Assembly: GCA_003223135.1 (NCBI GenBank) | Contig: QHXX01000032.1 | Location: 21,031-85,030 of the forward strand | DNA length: 64,000 bases | Reading direction: 5' to 3' | From: Acidobacteriota bacterium | GTDB taxonomy: Bacteria; Acidobacteriota; Polarisedimenticolia; Gp22-AA2 | Part shown: piece by piece, positions 35,134 to 47,369 of the stretch | Layout of the letters: each line of letters begins with the position of its first letter | Numbering within the stretch: the stretch's first letter is position 1 | Notes under the pieces: model-generated | Databases searched by the model: none | The model's input: only the letters and a program-made list of their open reading frames with translations | Told to the model about the DNA's origin: nothing | Position numbers and translations under genes: made by a program

Positions 35134-36423
35134 GTGCTGGAACCCCTGCAGATGACCGATCCGGAAGTGGCTGCGGCGCTGGCCGCCGAGGTCGCGCGGC
35201 AGGCAGACACCCTCGTCCTCATCGCCTCGGAGAACTTCGCCTCGCGCGCGGTGCTGGAGGCGATGGGATCCGTCTTCACCAACAAGTATGCCGAGGGATA
35301 TCCCGGCCGGAGGTACTACGGCGGCTGCGAGAATTCCGACACTGTCGAGCGGCTGGCCATCGACCGGGCCAAGGCAATCTTCGGGGCGGAGCACGCCAAT
35401 GTCCAGCCGCACTCAGGATCGCAGGCGAACATGGCCGTCTACATCGCGGCGCTCAAGCCGGGGGACACCATCCTGGGAATGGACCTCTCGCACGGGGGCC
35501 ATCTGACACATGGCCATCCGCTGAATTTCTCGGGGCGCTATTTCAAGATTGTCCGGTATGGCGTCACCCGCGACTCAGAGCTGCTCGACTACGATCAGCT
35601 GGAGCGCCTGGCGCGCGAGCATCGGCCGCGCATGATCGTCGCAGGGGCGAGCGCCTACTCGCGCACCATCGACTACGCCCGCATCCGCCGTATCGCCGAC
35701 GAGGTGGGCGCCCTGCTGATGGCAGATATCGCCCATGTGGCGGGGCTGATCGCGGGCGGGGTGCATCCGAATCCCGTGACGTATGCCGATTTCGTCACGA
35801 CCACGACCCACAAAACGCTGCGCGGCCCGCGCGGTGCGATCATCCTCTGTCGCGAGCGCTTTGCCAAAGAGGTGGACAGCGCCGTCTTTCCTGGGACACA
35901 GGGCGGACCTCTGGTCCACATGATCGCCGCCAAGGCCGTGGCTTTCAAGGAGGCGATGACGGAGGACTTCCGGCGGGACCAGAAGCGCACCGTGGACAAC
36001 GCGGCGCGCCTGGCGGCGCGCCTGAACGAGGGCGGGTTGCGCATTGTCTCGGGCGGCACCGATACGCACCTGTTTCTCGTCGACCTTCGCCCCAAGAAGC
36101 TGACCGGCCGGGCGGCGGAGCAGAGACTCGAGAGAGTCGGCATCGCCCTGAACAAAAACACCATCCCATTCGATCCGGAGAAACCGATGATCGCGAGCGG
36201 CGTGCGCGTCGGCACGCCCGCCGTCACCACGCGGGGTATGGGTGCGGACCAGATGGATGAGATCGCCCGTCTGATCCTGGACGCCCTGGAGCAGGAACCT
36301 GACACGCGCCGCATCGCGGCCCTGCGAGAGCGCGTGGCGGCCCTCTGCCGCGCCTTTCCGATTTACACCTGGCTGCCGCGCCCCCCGGTGTCGCTGGACG
36401 CGCCGCCGTGCCGCCCGTCCTGA
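35134..36423 (+). CDS. glyA: serine hydroxymethyltransferase
   Basis: GTG at 35134 after GGAGGGAGGA. SHMT motifs (LIASENF, PLP-Lys region [12 protein letters not shown]). Confidence 0.9.
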   Translation: MLEPLQMTDPEVAAALAAEVARQADTLVLIASENFASRAVLEAMGSVFTNKYAEGYPGRRYYGGCENSDTVERLAIDRAKAIFGAEHANVQPHSGSQANMAVYIAALKPGDTILGMDLSHGGHLTHGHPLNFSGRYFKIVRYGVTRDSELLDYDQLERLAREHRPRMIVAGASAYSRTIDYARIRRIADEVGALLMADIAHVAGLIAGGVHPNPVTYADFVTTTTHKTLRGPRGAIILCRERFAKEVDSAVFPGTQGGPLVHMIAAKAVAFKEAMTEDFRRDQKRTVDNAARLAARLNEGGLRIVSGGTDTHLFLVDLRPKKLTGRAAEQRLERVGIALNKNTIPFDPEKPMIASGVRVGTPAVTTRGMGADQMDEIARLILDALEQEPDTRRIAALRERVAALCRAFPIYTWLPRPPVSLDAPPCRPS

Positions 36424-36582
36424 CGCTCCGCCTCCGGGTTCCCGTGCGCCTCCCGATGCTTCTGGATCTGGTCGGGGTCCGATGGGCGATCATCCGCCGG
36501 GGCAGGGTGGCGGGACGGAAGAGCGCGGCCCGGCAGGCCGACCCCCGGGAAACCGGACCCATGTCGAAGAGAAAGGCACCAG

Positions 36583-39117
36583 ATGTCGGAGCGTCCTGAC
36601 CCGGCAAACACCGTCTACCTTGTCGACGGAAGCAACAACCTGTACCGCGCCTTCTACGCGATTCGCGGCCTGAGCACGAGCAAGGGTCTGCCCACCAATG
36701 CCGTCTACGGGTTCACCTCGATGCTCAGGAAGCTCCTGCGGGAGCACGCGCCGCGTTATCTGGGAGTTGCCTTCGACCTCGCGGAGCCCACGTTCCGCCA
36801 CAAGGCGTTTGCGGAGTACAAGGCGAACCGCCCCGAAACACCGCCCGACCTCGTCGTCCAGGTACCCTACGTCAAAAAAGTGTGCCACGTTCTCGGAGTC
36901 CCCGCGCTGGAGCTTCCCGGATTCGAGGCCGATGACATCATCGCGACCCTGGCCGAGCGGGCCCGGAAGGCCGGCTTCCATGTCGTCGTCGTGGCCACCG
37001 ACAAGGACCTGCTGCAGCTCGTGGGAGACGGCGTCCTGATCTATCACCCGGTGAGGGACGAATTCCTCGACTCCGATGGCGTGGAGCGGGTGTTCGGCGT
37101 GAAGCCCGCCCAGGTGCGCGACGTTCTGGCGCTGAGCGGCGACGCCTCCGACAACATTCCGGGCGTCCCCGGGATTGGCGAGAAGGGAGCGAAGGATCTG
37201 ATCCGCGAGTACGGAGATGTCGAATCGGTCATTCGCGCGGCAGGCAGCATCAGGAACAAGAGGGCCCGCGAGGGCCTGCTGGCGCACGCCGAGACGGCCC
37301 GTTTGAGCCGCGAACTGGCCACGCTGCGCTACGACGTGCCGGTGCCGTTCGATCCCGAGCGCTTCCGCGTCGGCGATGCCGATCAGGAGGCGGCGCGCCG
37401 GCTGTTCGAGGAGCTCGAGTTCGGCGCGCTCGTGCGCGAGTACGTGGCTCCCATCGCACCGGCACAGGTGAGGCACACGGTCGTCCGGGACGCCGCGACC
37501 CTGGAAGGTGTCGTCGAGCGTCTGCGCAAATGCGGGCGGTTCGCCTTCAATTTCGAGCGTGACCACGCCGAGCCGATGCGGGCGGGGCTGGTCGGAGTCG
37601 CATTGGCCGGTGAGGACGACGAAGGCTTTTATGTGCCCATCGCGCACCGCTCCCTCGGCGCGCAGCCCCAGATCGATCGCGCGACAGTCCTGCGCCTCCT
37701 GCAACCCTTGTTCGAGGGCGAAGGGTTGCGGCGCTCTGGCCACAACGTCAAGAGCGACCTGGTCCTCCTGCGGCGTCTCGGATGGGATCCCCCATCGGTT
37801 GAATTCGACACCATGCTCGCAAGCTATCTCCTGAACGCCTCGCGTCGCAGCCACGCGCTCGAGGCAGTCGCGCAGGACGTCGCGGGGCTCGCGATTCCGG
37901 GCTACGAGTCGGTCCTCGGGTCGGGCGCGAGGAGCGTCCCCCTGGCCGATCTCGATGTGGAGCGAGCCGCGGCCCTGGCGTGCGCCCGCGTTGCGGGCGT
38001 CCTGGCCATTCGCCATCGCCTGGAGGAGGGCCTTACATCTGACAATTTGATGCCACTGTTCCGCGACCGAGAGATATTGTTCGATGTGCTGAAGCTCACG
38101 CCGGGCCGGAAGACCCAGAAGACCCGCTCGTACTCCACGGGCGTGGAGACCCTCGAGGAGCTGGCGGACGAGCACGACCTGCCCCGGAAGATCCTCGAGT
38201 ACAGGACCCTGCAGAAGCTCAAGTCCACCTATGTGGACAGTCTGCCCGGCCTCATCAACCCGGCGACCGGCCGCGTGCACACGTCATTCAACCAGGCGGT
38301 GGCGGCGACTGGCCGACTCAGCAGCAGCGATCCCAATCTCCAGAACATTCCGATCCGAACCGAGCAGGGGCGGCTGATTCGCAGGGCCTTCGTCACGGAC
38401 CCCGGCTTCGTCCTGCTGTCGGCCGACTATTCGCAGATTGAGCTGCGCGTTCTAGCCCACCTGTGCGGAGACGCCGCCCTGGTGGACGCCTTCCGGCGCG
38501 GAGAGGACATCCATCGTCGCACCGCCGCGGAGGTGTTCGGCGTCATGCCCGATCTGGTGAGCGACGAAATGCGTCGGCGCGCCAAGGTGGTGAACTTCGG
38601 GATCATCTATGGCATGGGGTCCCAGCGCCTGGCGCGCGAGCAGGGGATTCCCGTGAAGGAGGCGGAAGGCTTCATCCAGGCATACTTCTCCCGGCTCCCG
38701 AAGGTGAAGGAGTACATCGATACGACCATCGCCGTCGTGGAGTCGGAGGGGCGGGTGCAGACACTGCTCAACCGCATCCGTTACTTTCCGGAGGTCAAGG
38801 GGACCGATCGCAACGCGCGCCAGCAGGCGCTCCGGGCCGCCGTGAACACCACCATCCAGGGTTCGGCCGCCGACCTCATCAAGCTGGCCATGGTGGGGCT
38901 CTCCCGCCGCCTCAAAGAAGCGGGAAGCGCGGCGCGCATGACGCTGCAGGTGCATGACGAGCTGGTCCTCGAGGTGCCCCGGGACGAGGTATCGAGCGTG
39001 GCACGGATCGTCCGGGAGGTGATGGAGGGAGTCTACGCGCTGCGCGTCCCGCTGGTCGCCGATCTGAAGCTCGGCCCGAACTGGCTGGAGATGTCGAAGC
39101 TCGAATCCAAAGATTGA
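36583..39117 (+). CDS. polA: DNA polymerase I
   Basis: 5'-nuclease N-terminus, 3'-5' exo-like middle and a family A polymerase C-terminus (RRAAKVVNFGIIYG, QVHDELVLE). Confidence 0.95.
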   Translation: MSERPDPANTVYLVDGSNNLYRAFYAIRGLSTSKGLPTNAVYGFTSMLRKLLREHAPRYLGVAFDLAEPTFRHKAFAEYKANRPETPPDLVVQVPYVKKVCHVLGVPALELPGFEADDIIATLAERARKAGFHVVVVATDKDLLQLVGDGVLIYHPVRDEFLDSDGVERVFGVKPAQVRDVLALSGDASDNIPGVPGIGEKGAKDLIREYGDVESVIRAAGSIRNKRAREGLLAHAETARLSRELATLRYDVPVPFDPERFRVGDADQEAARRLFEELEFGALVREYVAPIAPAQVRHTVVRDAATLEGVVERLRKCGRFAFNFERDHAEPMRAGLVGVALAGEDDEGFYVPIAHRSLGAQPQIDRATVLRLLQPLFEGEGLRRSGHNVKSDLVLLRRLGWDPPSVEFDTMLASYLLNASRRSHALEAVAQDVAGLAIPGYESVLGSGARSVPLADLDVERAAALACARVAGVLAIRHRLEEGLTSDNLMPLFRDREILFDVLKLTPGRKTQKTRSYSTGVETLEELADEHDLPRKILEYRTLQKLKSTYVDSLPGLINPATGRVHTSFNQAVAATGRLSSSDPNLQNIPIRTEQGRLIRRAFVTDPGFVLLSADYSQIELRVLAHLCGDAALVDAFRRGEDIHRRTAAEVFGVMPDLVSDEMRRRAKVVNFGIIYGMGSQRLAREQGIPVKEAEGFIQAYFSRLPKVKEYIDTTIAVVESEGRVQTLLNRIRYFPEVKGTDRNARQQALRAAVNTTIQGSAADLIKLAMVGLSRRLKEAGSAARMTLQVHDELVLEVPRDEVSSVARIVREVMEGVYALRVPLVADLKLGPNWLEMSKLESKD

Positions 39118-39225
39118 AATCGACGCCCGCGGCCCCGGCCGTGGTCCGTTGCGCCTCCCCCTTCTGTAACCTACATTGCCGTTGCGCCGGTGGCGTGTCG
39201 GCGCCGAAACCACCGGATCGAGCGA

Positions 39226-40329
39226 ATGCCCGAACCGACCCACATTCTGATTGTCGATGACGACCAGGCCATACGGGACCTCCTGCTGGAGGGCCTGTCC
39301 GACAGCGGCTATCGGTGCGACACGGCATGCGACGGCGTCGAGGGCCTCAAGAAGGTGCGGACGAACGGGTTCCAGCTCGTGGTGAGCGACATCGACATGC
39401 CCGAGATGGACGGCGTGAATCTTCTGCAGGAGTTCAAGAAGGTCCGGCCTGACACCGAGATCATCATGCTGACGGGCGTGGTGGATGTCGAAATCGCAAT
39501 CCAATCGATGCGGCTCGGGGCGTGCGATTATCTGACCAAACCCTTCAACCTGGCCGAAGTGCGGATCACGGTGGAAAGGGCCCTGGAGAAGCAGCGCCTG
39601 CTCCGTGAGAACCGCGAGTACCAGAAGACGCTCGAGATGAAGGTCGCGGAACGCACCGCCGAACTCAGCCGGAAGAACCGGGAAGTGGAGGAGCTGTTCA
39701 GGCGGCTGCAGACCTCCTACCAGACGACGCTGGAGGCGCTGGCGACGGCCCTCGACACCCGTGACACGGAAACTCTCGGCCATTCCCTGCGCGTCGCGGC
39801 TTATACCGTGGCGGTGGCGCGCCGGATGGGCGTGCGGGAGCCGGATCTGACTGACATCTACCGTGGTGCGCTGCTGCACGACGTCGGGAAGATCGGCATC
39901 CCGGATGCGATCCTCAGGAAGCCGGGGAAACTGACGCCCGAGGAGTGGGTGGAGATGCGAAGGCACCCCGAGATCGGCTACCGCATCCTGCACGGGATCA
40001 ACTTCCTGGAGGCGGCGCGGGAGATCGTCCTTAGCCACCAGGAGACTTACGACGGGTCGGGCTACCCTCGCGGCCTGAAGGGGAAGGATATCCCGCTGGG
40101 AGCGCGCATTTTCGCCGTGGTCGACACGCTGGACGCCATGACCTCCGATAGACCGTACCGCAAGGCCCTGCCGTACGAGGCGGCACGGGCAGAGATCCTC
40201 AAGTTCAGCGGGGCCCAGTTCGATCCGGAAGTGGTGAAGGCCTTCCTGGAGATCCCTGACGGGGAATGGGCCGAGATCCACCACAGGGTCATGCAGGACG
40301 TGCTGGTCCGCAGCCAGATGCACTTCTAG
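39226..40329 (+). CDS. response regulator with HD-GYP phosphodiesterase domain (RpfG-like)
   Basis: Receiver domain (MPEPTHILIVDDD...DIDMPEMDG), then HD (HDVGKIGIPD) and GYP (YDGSGYPRGL). Confidence 0.85.
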   Translation: MPEPTHILIVDDDQAIRDLLLEGLSDSGYRCDTACDGVEGLKKVRTNGFQLVVSDIDMPEMDGVNLLQEFKKVRPDTEIIMLTGVVDVEIAIQSMRLGACDYLTKPFNLAEVRITVERALEKQRLLRENREYQKTLEMKVAERTAELSRKNREVEELFRRLQTSYQTTLEALATALDTRDTETLGHSLRVAAYTVAVARRMGVREPDLTDIYRGALLHDVGKIGIPDAILRKPGKLTPEEWVEMRRHPEIGYRILHGINFLEAAREIVLSHQETYDGSGYPRGLKGKDIPLGARIFAVVDTLDAMTSDRPYRKALPYEAARAEILKFSGAQFDPEVVKAFLEIPDGEWAEIHHRVMQDVLVRSQMHF

Positions 40330-40359
40330 ACGATCGGGCCGTGGGACCCCGCAGAAGGT

Positions 40360-40851
40360 TCAGGGAGCCGGGGAGGCCGCGCGCTCGACGAGGACGGCGA
40401 AATCGTGCTCCAGGGAGGTCTCCGGCGTCTCGACGATGCGCCCGACTTCGCGGCCGTCAATCTTCAGGATGAATGTGGGCACCTTTTCGATGGCGCCCTT
40501 TTTGACGAGTCGCGCCGGCTCCTTCTTCGTGCGGTCCAGTCCAAAAAACCGCAGCTTAAGACGGGAAGGGGAGGCCAGGTCCAGGATCTTGAGGAAGCGG
40601 GGGACCTCCCGGCGGCTATCGGAGCACCAGCTCCCGAAATAGACGTCCAGGGTGGCGGGCACCTGAAGCGAAGCGATGCGCTGGACGTCCGTCGCGGACG
40701 GTTCGTAGGCGTCGTGGTTTTTCCGCCACTCTTCGGAAATCGACAGGATGGTCCCGGGGCGCACCCGGCCGAGCACGACATCGTTGGCCCAGACCGACCC
40801 GGCCGCAACGAGGAGGACCAGGAATCCGATGACGCGTCGCGAGGTTCTCAA
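40360..40851 (-). CDS. thioredoxin-like fold protein with WCxxS motif, signal peptide
   Basis: MRTSRRVIGFLVLLVAAGSVWA signal peptide, then GSWCSDSRREVPRF. Confidence 0.6.
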   Translation of the reverse strand: MRTSRRVIGFLVLLVAAGSVWANDVVLGRVRPGTILSISEEWRKNHDAYEPSATDVQRIASLQVPATLDVYFGSWCSDSRREVPRFLKILDLASPSRLKLRFFGLDRTKKEPARLVKKGAIEKVPTFILKIDGREVGRIVETPETSLEHDFAVLVERAASPAP

Positions 40852-40950
40852 TGTTCCGTCTCCGTCGGCGGATCATCGCGGGAGAGGGGTCCTTGTGTCA
40901 ACCGGCGCGGCGCCGGCGGCGCTCCCGCGGACGACGTTGAGGAGCGTTGC

Positions 40951-40979
40951 TTGACGGAGCGATCTCCCTCTGTTAGATT
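40951..40979 (+). promoter_or_regulatory. putative sigma70 promoter TTGACG-N17-TAGATT upstream of the LolA-like gene
   Basis: Hexamer spacing is 17 nt, and the -10 ends 43 nt upstream of the ATG. Confidence 0.3.
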
Positions 40980-41021
40980 GACGTGGTCCTCATCCTCGGG
41001 GGGTTCCACCCTGTGATCCGC

Positions 41022-41783
41022 ATGCAAATGGCCGCCGCAGTGCCAACCATCGCCTTGTCCGCCGCGCTCACGATCGCTCTTGCGGGCGCGCCGCCGAGCG
41101 GCCCTTCGAAGAACGGGGCCGTCCCGGTCGAGGCCGCCTCCGACGCCGCGGCCGAACCGATGCTCGCGCGGATCCTGCAGGCATTCGACAAGGCGCAGCG
41201 TGAAACCACTTCGCTGGTCGCCGGGTTCACCGAGAAGAAGGAGCTCAAGCTCCTCGCACGACCCGTGCTATCGCGGGGCGAGTTCTACTACAACCGGCCC
41301 AACCAGGTGCGCTGGGAGTACGTCGAACCCGACCGCAAGGTGTTCGTGATCACGGAGGACATGTATATCGCCTACTACCCGGCGCTCAAGAGGGCGGAGG
41401 AGGTGCCGATCAAGAAGTTCGTCGGAAAACGCCTGTTCCGCTTCCTGGGGGTGGGCCAGTCGATCGATGAGCTTGGGAAGTATTACGAGTTCAGACTCGC
41501 CGCGCAGAGCGACATCAAGGACACACACCTCCTGGTCCTGGTTCCGCGCAAAAAGAAGCTGGCGGAGCGGGTGGCCGAGATGAAGATCTGGGTCGACGCG
41601 CAGACCTACCTGCCCAGGCAGCTCCAGTACGTCGAATCCGACGGGGACTCGACACTCCTGACCTTCGAGGACGTCCGCACGAACGTCGCCGTCGCCGCCA
41701 GCCGGTTCCGGCTCGAGCTCCCCAAGGACGTGGTGGTGTCGGAGTCTTTCAACGGCTTCTCTCTCGGCGAGCAGAGCTTCTAG
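41022..41783 (+). CDS. LolA-like outer-membrane lipoprotein carrier family protein
   Basis: Signal peptide, then LolA-like features (RGEFYYNRPNQVRWEY, LVLVPRKKKL). Confidence 0.6.
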   Translation: MQMAAAVPTIALSAALTIALAGAPPSGPSKNGAVPVEAASDAAAEPMLARILQAFDKAQRETTSLVAGFTEKKELKLLARPVLSRGEFYYNRPNQVRWEYVEPDRKVFVITEDMYIAYYPALKRAEEVPIKKFVGKRLFRFLGVGQSIDELGKYYEFRLAAQSDIKDTHLLVLVPRKKKLAERVAEMKIWVDAQTYLPRQLQYVESDGDSTLLTFEDVRTNVAVAASRFRLELPKDVVVSESFNGFSLGEQSF

Positions 41784-41809
41784 TCGCCGGGCGCCCCTTC
41801 CGCTCCCGC

Positions 41810-41843
41810 AAAAAAAAGAGCCCCTCGCGTAGAGAGGGGCTCT
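41810..41843. terminator. bidirectional rho-independent terminator (A8-hairpin) between the convergent LolA-like and groEL genes
   Basis: Sequence aaaaaaaagagcccctcgcgtagagaggggctc: GC stem of about 9 bp. It is flanked by an A8 run, which is a U8 run on the groEL strand. Confidence 0.7.
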
Positions 41844-41914
41844 TGCTGCCTCGGACGGCTGCGGCCAAATCGCGAACCGCTGCCGTGGCCGCCGGTTGTG
41901 GCGGCCATTGCCTC

Positions 41915-43437
<1,523 letters not shown>

Positions 43438-43725
43438 TCAGCTGATCACTCCGAGCACTTCGTCCTCGCGCACGATGACGTGCTCAACCTCATCGATCTT
43501 GATCTCGGTGCCGGCGTACTTGCCGACCAGCACGCGATCACCGACCTTCACCTCGAGTGGAATCCTCTTGCCGTCGTCATCGAGGCGACCGGTTCCCACT
43601 GCAACCACCTTGCCCTCGAGCGGCTTTTCCTTGGCCGTGTCCGGGATGATGATTCCGCCCTTGACCTTCTCCTCGGGATCCACCCTCTTCACCAGGACCC
43701 GGTCGTGCAGAGGCTTTACCTTCAT
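43438..43725 (-). CDS. groES: co-chaperonin GroES
   Basis: [15 protein letters not shown]...; preceded by AGGAGGG. Confidence 0.9.
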   Translation of the reverse strand: MKVKPLHDRVLVKRVDPEEKVKGGIIIPDTAKEKPLEGKVVAVGTGRLDDDGKRIPLEVKVGDRVLVGKYAGTEIKIDEVEHVIVREDEVLGVIS

Positions 43726-43800
43726 CTTGTGTTCCCTCCTGATCGGATTTTGGAGCCTTCTCAAGCGGTTGATAGAGCTTCTCTAACAAGCTTGCCGTCG

Positions 43801-43827
43801 CTGGCACTCAACTCAATGGAGTGCTAA
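43801..43827 (-). promoter_or_regulatory. CIRCE operator (HrcA binding site) for groES-groEL
   Basis: Minus strand reads TTAGCACTC-cattgagtt-GAGTGCcag, matching the CIRCE consensus TTAGCACTC-N9-GAGTGCTAA. It lies 76 nt upstream of the groES ATG. Confidence 0.75.
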
Positions 43828-43856
43828 TAATAGCCGGCGAGATCCGGGAATGTCAA
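43827..43856 (-). promoter_or_regulatory. sigma70-type promoter TTGACA-N18-TATTAT abutting CIRCE
   Basis: Minus strand reads cttgacattcccggatctcgccggctattat, followed immediately by the CIRCE arm. This is the typical arrangement. Confidence 0.45.
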
Positions 43857-43989
43857 GAGGTCATTCCAGGTTCATCCTGTCGATCCTGGCAGGGCGTGGA
43901 GAAGGGTGGACGGTTGGCCAGGAGACGCTATACTTTGATACAGAGACCCGGAAGGCCCTATCTGCCAAGCCATCCGGGCCAAGGCGACG

Positions 43990-44652
43990 ATGAATCCCCC
44001 CCGGTCCCTCGTGGACGTCCTCAAGTCGATGATCGAAAGGACCTACGGCCTACCCGCCGTCATCGGCGAACTGGCGCCCTTCATCGTAGTGGACCAGGGG
44101 TACCGCATGTTCTATGCCGAGCCCGACCTGGAACCAGAAGAGGCGGGTGCACGCATCCTGGTGCGTGATATGGGCAAACCCTTGAGAGCGGCGTTGTATT
44201 GCCCCGATGCGCTCGTGCGTCATCTGGAAACGTTCAATCCCCTCAAGGGCTTGGGAGATGTGAATATCGAGGCGTTCGCGGTCCTTGTGGAGGAGATCGA
44301 TCACATCCTCACCCTGGCCAGCCGGGCTTCGGAGAGGCGTCCGATAAGCCTCCTCGAGCTGGAGCACCACGCCAACATCACAAAGTACCTCGCGGTCATG
44401 CATTTTCTCGGGAAGCAGACCGGTCGCCGGCGCGTCGCCGAGCCCTTGCGACAATGGGCCCGTCACCACCTCTTCGAGAGGTACAGCGGAAAACAAGGCG
44501 CGGACGAGGCGAGATACCGTGAGGCCGCGCGCCTGGCCTGCCGGTACCTCAGGATCCTCGAGGCCCTGGCGCCGGAGGACCGACGGGCCGAGATCCTGAC
44601 CTTCCACAGGCGGACTATTCCGGAGATTTTGCGCCTGGTCCAGAACAACTGA
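43990..44652 (+). CDS. conserved hypothetical protein
   Basis: 220-aa ORF between groES and ctpA. I recognise no family. Confidence 0.45.
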   Translation: MNPPRSLVDVLKSMIERTYGLPAVIGELAPFIVVDQGYRMFYAEPDLEPEEAGARILVRDMGKPLRAALYCPDALVRHLETFNPLKGLGDVNIEAFAVLVEEIDHILTLASRASERRPISLLELEHHANITKYLAVMHFLGKQTGRRRVAEPLRQWARHHLFERYSGKQGADEARYREAARLACRYLRILEALAPEDRRAEILTFHRRTIPEILRLVQNN

Positions 44653-44695
44653 GCGACAGGAGAGGGAAGCCGCCGCCCCGGGAACGAGCGGGCTT

Positions 44696-46291
44696 CTAGC
44701 GGGCGGGAGCCGCCTTCTCCCCGGCCAGTGCGGCCAGGTTCTGCGCCTGGGGGAAGAGGTCCAGCGCCTTCTGGAGCTGGCGATCGATCTCGGCGTGGGC
44801 CTTGTAGGCTTCCTCCAGGCCCCAGAGCGCCGAGATGATCGCCTCTTTGATCTCCCCCTTCAGCCGATCCCCGCAGGCCTCGATGTCGGACGGCGCCCAC
44901 TTGAGCTTGCGGGCGGTGAGGAAGTCCTGGAACTCCTGCAGAACCGCCGGAGTCACCTCGAATGTCCGCTGGATCCCCTTGTGCCTCGCGTTGTAGTCGA
45001 CCGCGAAGTCGAAGAAGACGCGAGCGCGCTCGAGCTGGTCGACGAACGGCGGCGTCGGATCGGGCACGACGACGTCCGGATGAATCCCTCCGCCGCCGTA
45101 CACCGTGCGGCCGGAGTCGGTGCGTCGGATGTCTTTCGAGACGTTGAGCAGTTGCTCGTCGCTCTCCTCGTGGGAGAGGTAGTCTTCGAGGGAGTTGTAG
45201 TCGCGCTGGATCAACCGCCCGCTCGGGGTGTAGTAGCGGGCTGTCGTCAGCGCGAGTGCCGCGTCCTGGCTGAGCGGGTAGACGGTCTGTACCAAGCCCT
45301 TTCCCCAGGTGGTCTCGCCCACGATGAGACCACGGTCGTGGTCCTGGATGGCGCCTGCCACGATCTCCGAGGCGCTGGCGCTGAACTTGTCCACCAGGAC
45401 CACGAGCGGCAGCTCCAGCCGCTCGGCCCCGCCGGACGCCCGGTACTCCTGGTCGGCGCCGTTGATCCGCCCGTGCGTGTAGACGATCATCTGGTCCTTC
45501 CTCAGGAAACGGTCGGCAACCCGCACGGCCTGTTCCAGCAGGCCCCCTGGATTGCGCCGCAGATCCAGGATAAGACGTGCCATCCCCTGCTTCTGCAAGG
45601 CGCGTATGCGCTCGTCCAGCTCGCGCTCCGTGGTGCGCGTGAAATTCTCGATCTTGACGTAGCCCACTCCGGGACGGACGAGGAAGGCCTGGCGGATGCT
45701 GTAGGTCGGGATGTCGTCGCGCGTGATGGTGAAGTGCAGAACCACCGGGTCGCCGGGCCGCGTCACGGTAATCGTCACCTTCGTTCCCTTCGGTCCCTTG
45801 AGCCGCCGAAGGGCATCGTCGATGGTCATGTCGAGCGTGTCCACGCCCTCGATCTGGGAGATGACGTCACCGGCACGGATGCCGACGTTCCACGCCGGCG
45901 TGCCCTCGAGGGGTGAGATCACGGTCAGCGGCTTGTCGTTGGAGGGCTTCGAGATCACGATCCCGAGCCCGGAGAAGCTGCCCGATTGCTCCTCGAGCAT
46001 GTGCTTGTAATCGTCAGGGTCGAGGTAATTGGAGTGGGGATCCATCGTCCGCAGCATGCCGCGGATCGAGCCTTCGATCGCGACCCGCGGCTCGACCGGG
46101 TCGGCCGCCCGCGCCTGGACGAGACTGAGCAGGTGCGTGTAGGTGGCGAGCTGCTCTCCCGTGCGCTCGGTGACGGACGCGGCGCGCCCGCCGAGCAATC
46201 CCCCGGCGAGGCCGCCCGCGATCACAAAAGCCAACCCCCCGAGAATCGTCTTCCTGCGCACCCACCTCTCCTTGAAGGCGCTGTGGACCAA
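44696..46291 (-). CDS. ctpA: carboxyl-terminal processing protease (S41, Ctp/Prc, with PDZ)
   Basis: N-terminal TM anchor, PDZ, and the S41 catalytic region (GAGSEI-like ASASEIVAGA, HDRGLIVGETTWGKG). Confidence 0.85.
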   Translation of the reverse strand: MVHSAFKERWVRRKTILGGLAFVIAGGLAGGLLGGRAASVTERTGEQLATYTHLLSLVQARAADPVEPRVAIEGSIRGMLRTMDPHSNYLDPDDYKHMLEEQSGSFSGLGIVISKPSNDKPLTVISPLEGTPAWNVGIRAGDVISQIEGVDTLDMTIDDALRRLKGPKGTKVTITVTRPGDPVVLHFTITRDDIPTYSIRQAFLVRPGVGYVKIENFTRTTERELDERIRALQKQGMARLILDLRRNPGGLLEQAVRVADRFLRKDQMIVYTHGRINGADQEYRASGGAERLELPLVVLVDKFSASASEIVAGAIQDHDRGLIVGETTWGKGLVQTVYPLSQDAALALTTARYYTPSGRLIQRDYNSLEDYLSHEESDEQLLNVSKDIRRTDSGRTVYGGGGIHPDVVVPDPTPPFVDQLERARVFFDFAVDYNARHKGIQRTFEVTPAVLQEFQDFLTARKLKWAPSDIEACGDRLKGEIKEAIISALWGLEEAYKAHAEIDRQLQKALDLFPQAQNLAALAGEKAAPAR

Positions 46292-46623
46292 TTATAGTGC
46301 CCGATCCGGCCTCTGTAAAGAAACTGTGGAAGGACCCGGCTCATCGGCCGTCGGTGGAATGACGGCCGCTCGTCTGAATCGCCGCGGACGATAGTGCTAA
46401 GATGATGATGACGCGTGACGCATACCGCTCGCATGCCGGAAACCGGTTCGGCCGGAACCGGACGCGCAAGGCGGCGGACGGCGGGACACGCTCGACGCCG
46501 AGGTGGCCCGATCGGAGACCTCGGCTCCCAAAGGACGGACGCTGACCGATGGTGGGGGAGAGCAGGAACCAGCCACGGCCACCGATGCCAAGACGCGGGA
46601 CGAGCGGCCCTGATCTTCCCACG

Positions 46624-47352
46624 ATGAGCTTTCTGGAGCACCTCGAGGAGCTCCGGAAGCGGCTGTTGCGCTCGGTATACGCGATTGCGGCTGCCTTCGC
46701 CGTGTGCCTGACCTACGCCCGCAAGATTCTGGACTTCTTCATCGATCCGATCCGCAGCCTCCCGGGCAAGCCGCAGCCCGTCTTCCTCGACCTGACGGAG
46801 CCGTTTCTGCTGTACATGAAGGTGGCGTTTCTCGCCTCCCTGTTCCTGTCCGCGCCCCTCGTCCTGTATCAAGTCTGGGCGTTCATCCGGCCGGGACTGT
46901 ATCCGCGGGAACGCCGCTACGCGACGCCGTTCGGGGTCTTCGCGACGGTTTTCTTCCTGCTGGGCGGCGCGTTCGGATATTACGTGGCGTTCCCCGCCGC
47001 CTGCCGCTTCCTCCTGAGCGTGGCGGAGGGATTCACGCCCGCCCTCCGGGTCAGCAGTCTGTTCGCTTTCGAGAGCAAGATGATCCTCGGTATGGGCCTC
47101 GTCTTCGAGCTGCCGACCTTGGTGTATTTCCTGTCGCGCCTCGGGCTGATCACGGCCGGATTCCTGTGGCGCAATTTCAAGTACGCCGTCCTGATCATCT
47201 TCATCGTGGCCGCCGTGATCACCCCCACGCCCGACGTCGTCACCCAGTGCATCTTCGCCGGGCCGATGATCCTCCTGTACCTGTTCGGCATCCTGGTAGC
47301 CCACGTGTTTGGCCGCGAGCGGGCCCCCCAGGCGGCCACCGAAGAAGCGTGA
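46624..47352 (+). CDS. tatC: twin-arginine translocase subunit TatC
   Basis: MSFLEHLEELRKRL... with six TM helices and the TatC signature. Confidence 0.9.
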   Translation: MSFLEHLEELRKRLLRSVYAIAAAFAVCLTYARKILDFFIDPIRSLPGKPQPVFLDLTEPFLLYMKVAFLASLFLSAPLVLYQVWAFIRPGLYPRERRYATPFGVFATVFFLLGGAFGYYVAFPAACRFLLSVAEGFTPALRVSSLFAFESKMILGMGLVFELPTLVYFLSRLGLITAGFLWRNFKYAVLIIFIVAAVITPTPDVVTQCIFAGPMILLYLFGILVAHVFGRERAPQAATEEA

Positions 47353-47369
47353 GCCGGAAAGGAGAGTCC

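Noticed and set aside
43801-43827. TGGCAC at the left end of this element could be read as a sigma54 -24 box
   Set aside because: There is no TTGC -12 element at the right spacing, and the sequence is a clear CIRCE inverted repeat (TTAGCACTC-N9-GAGTGC).
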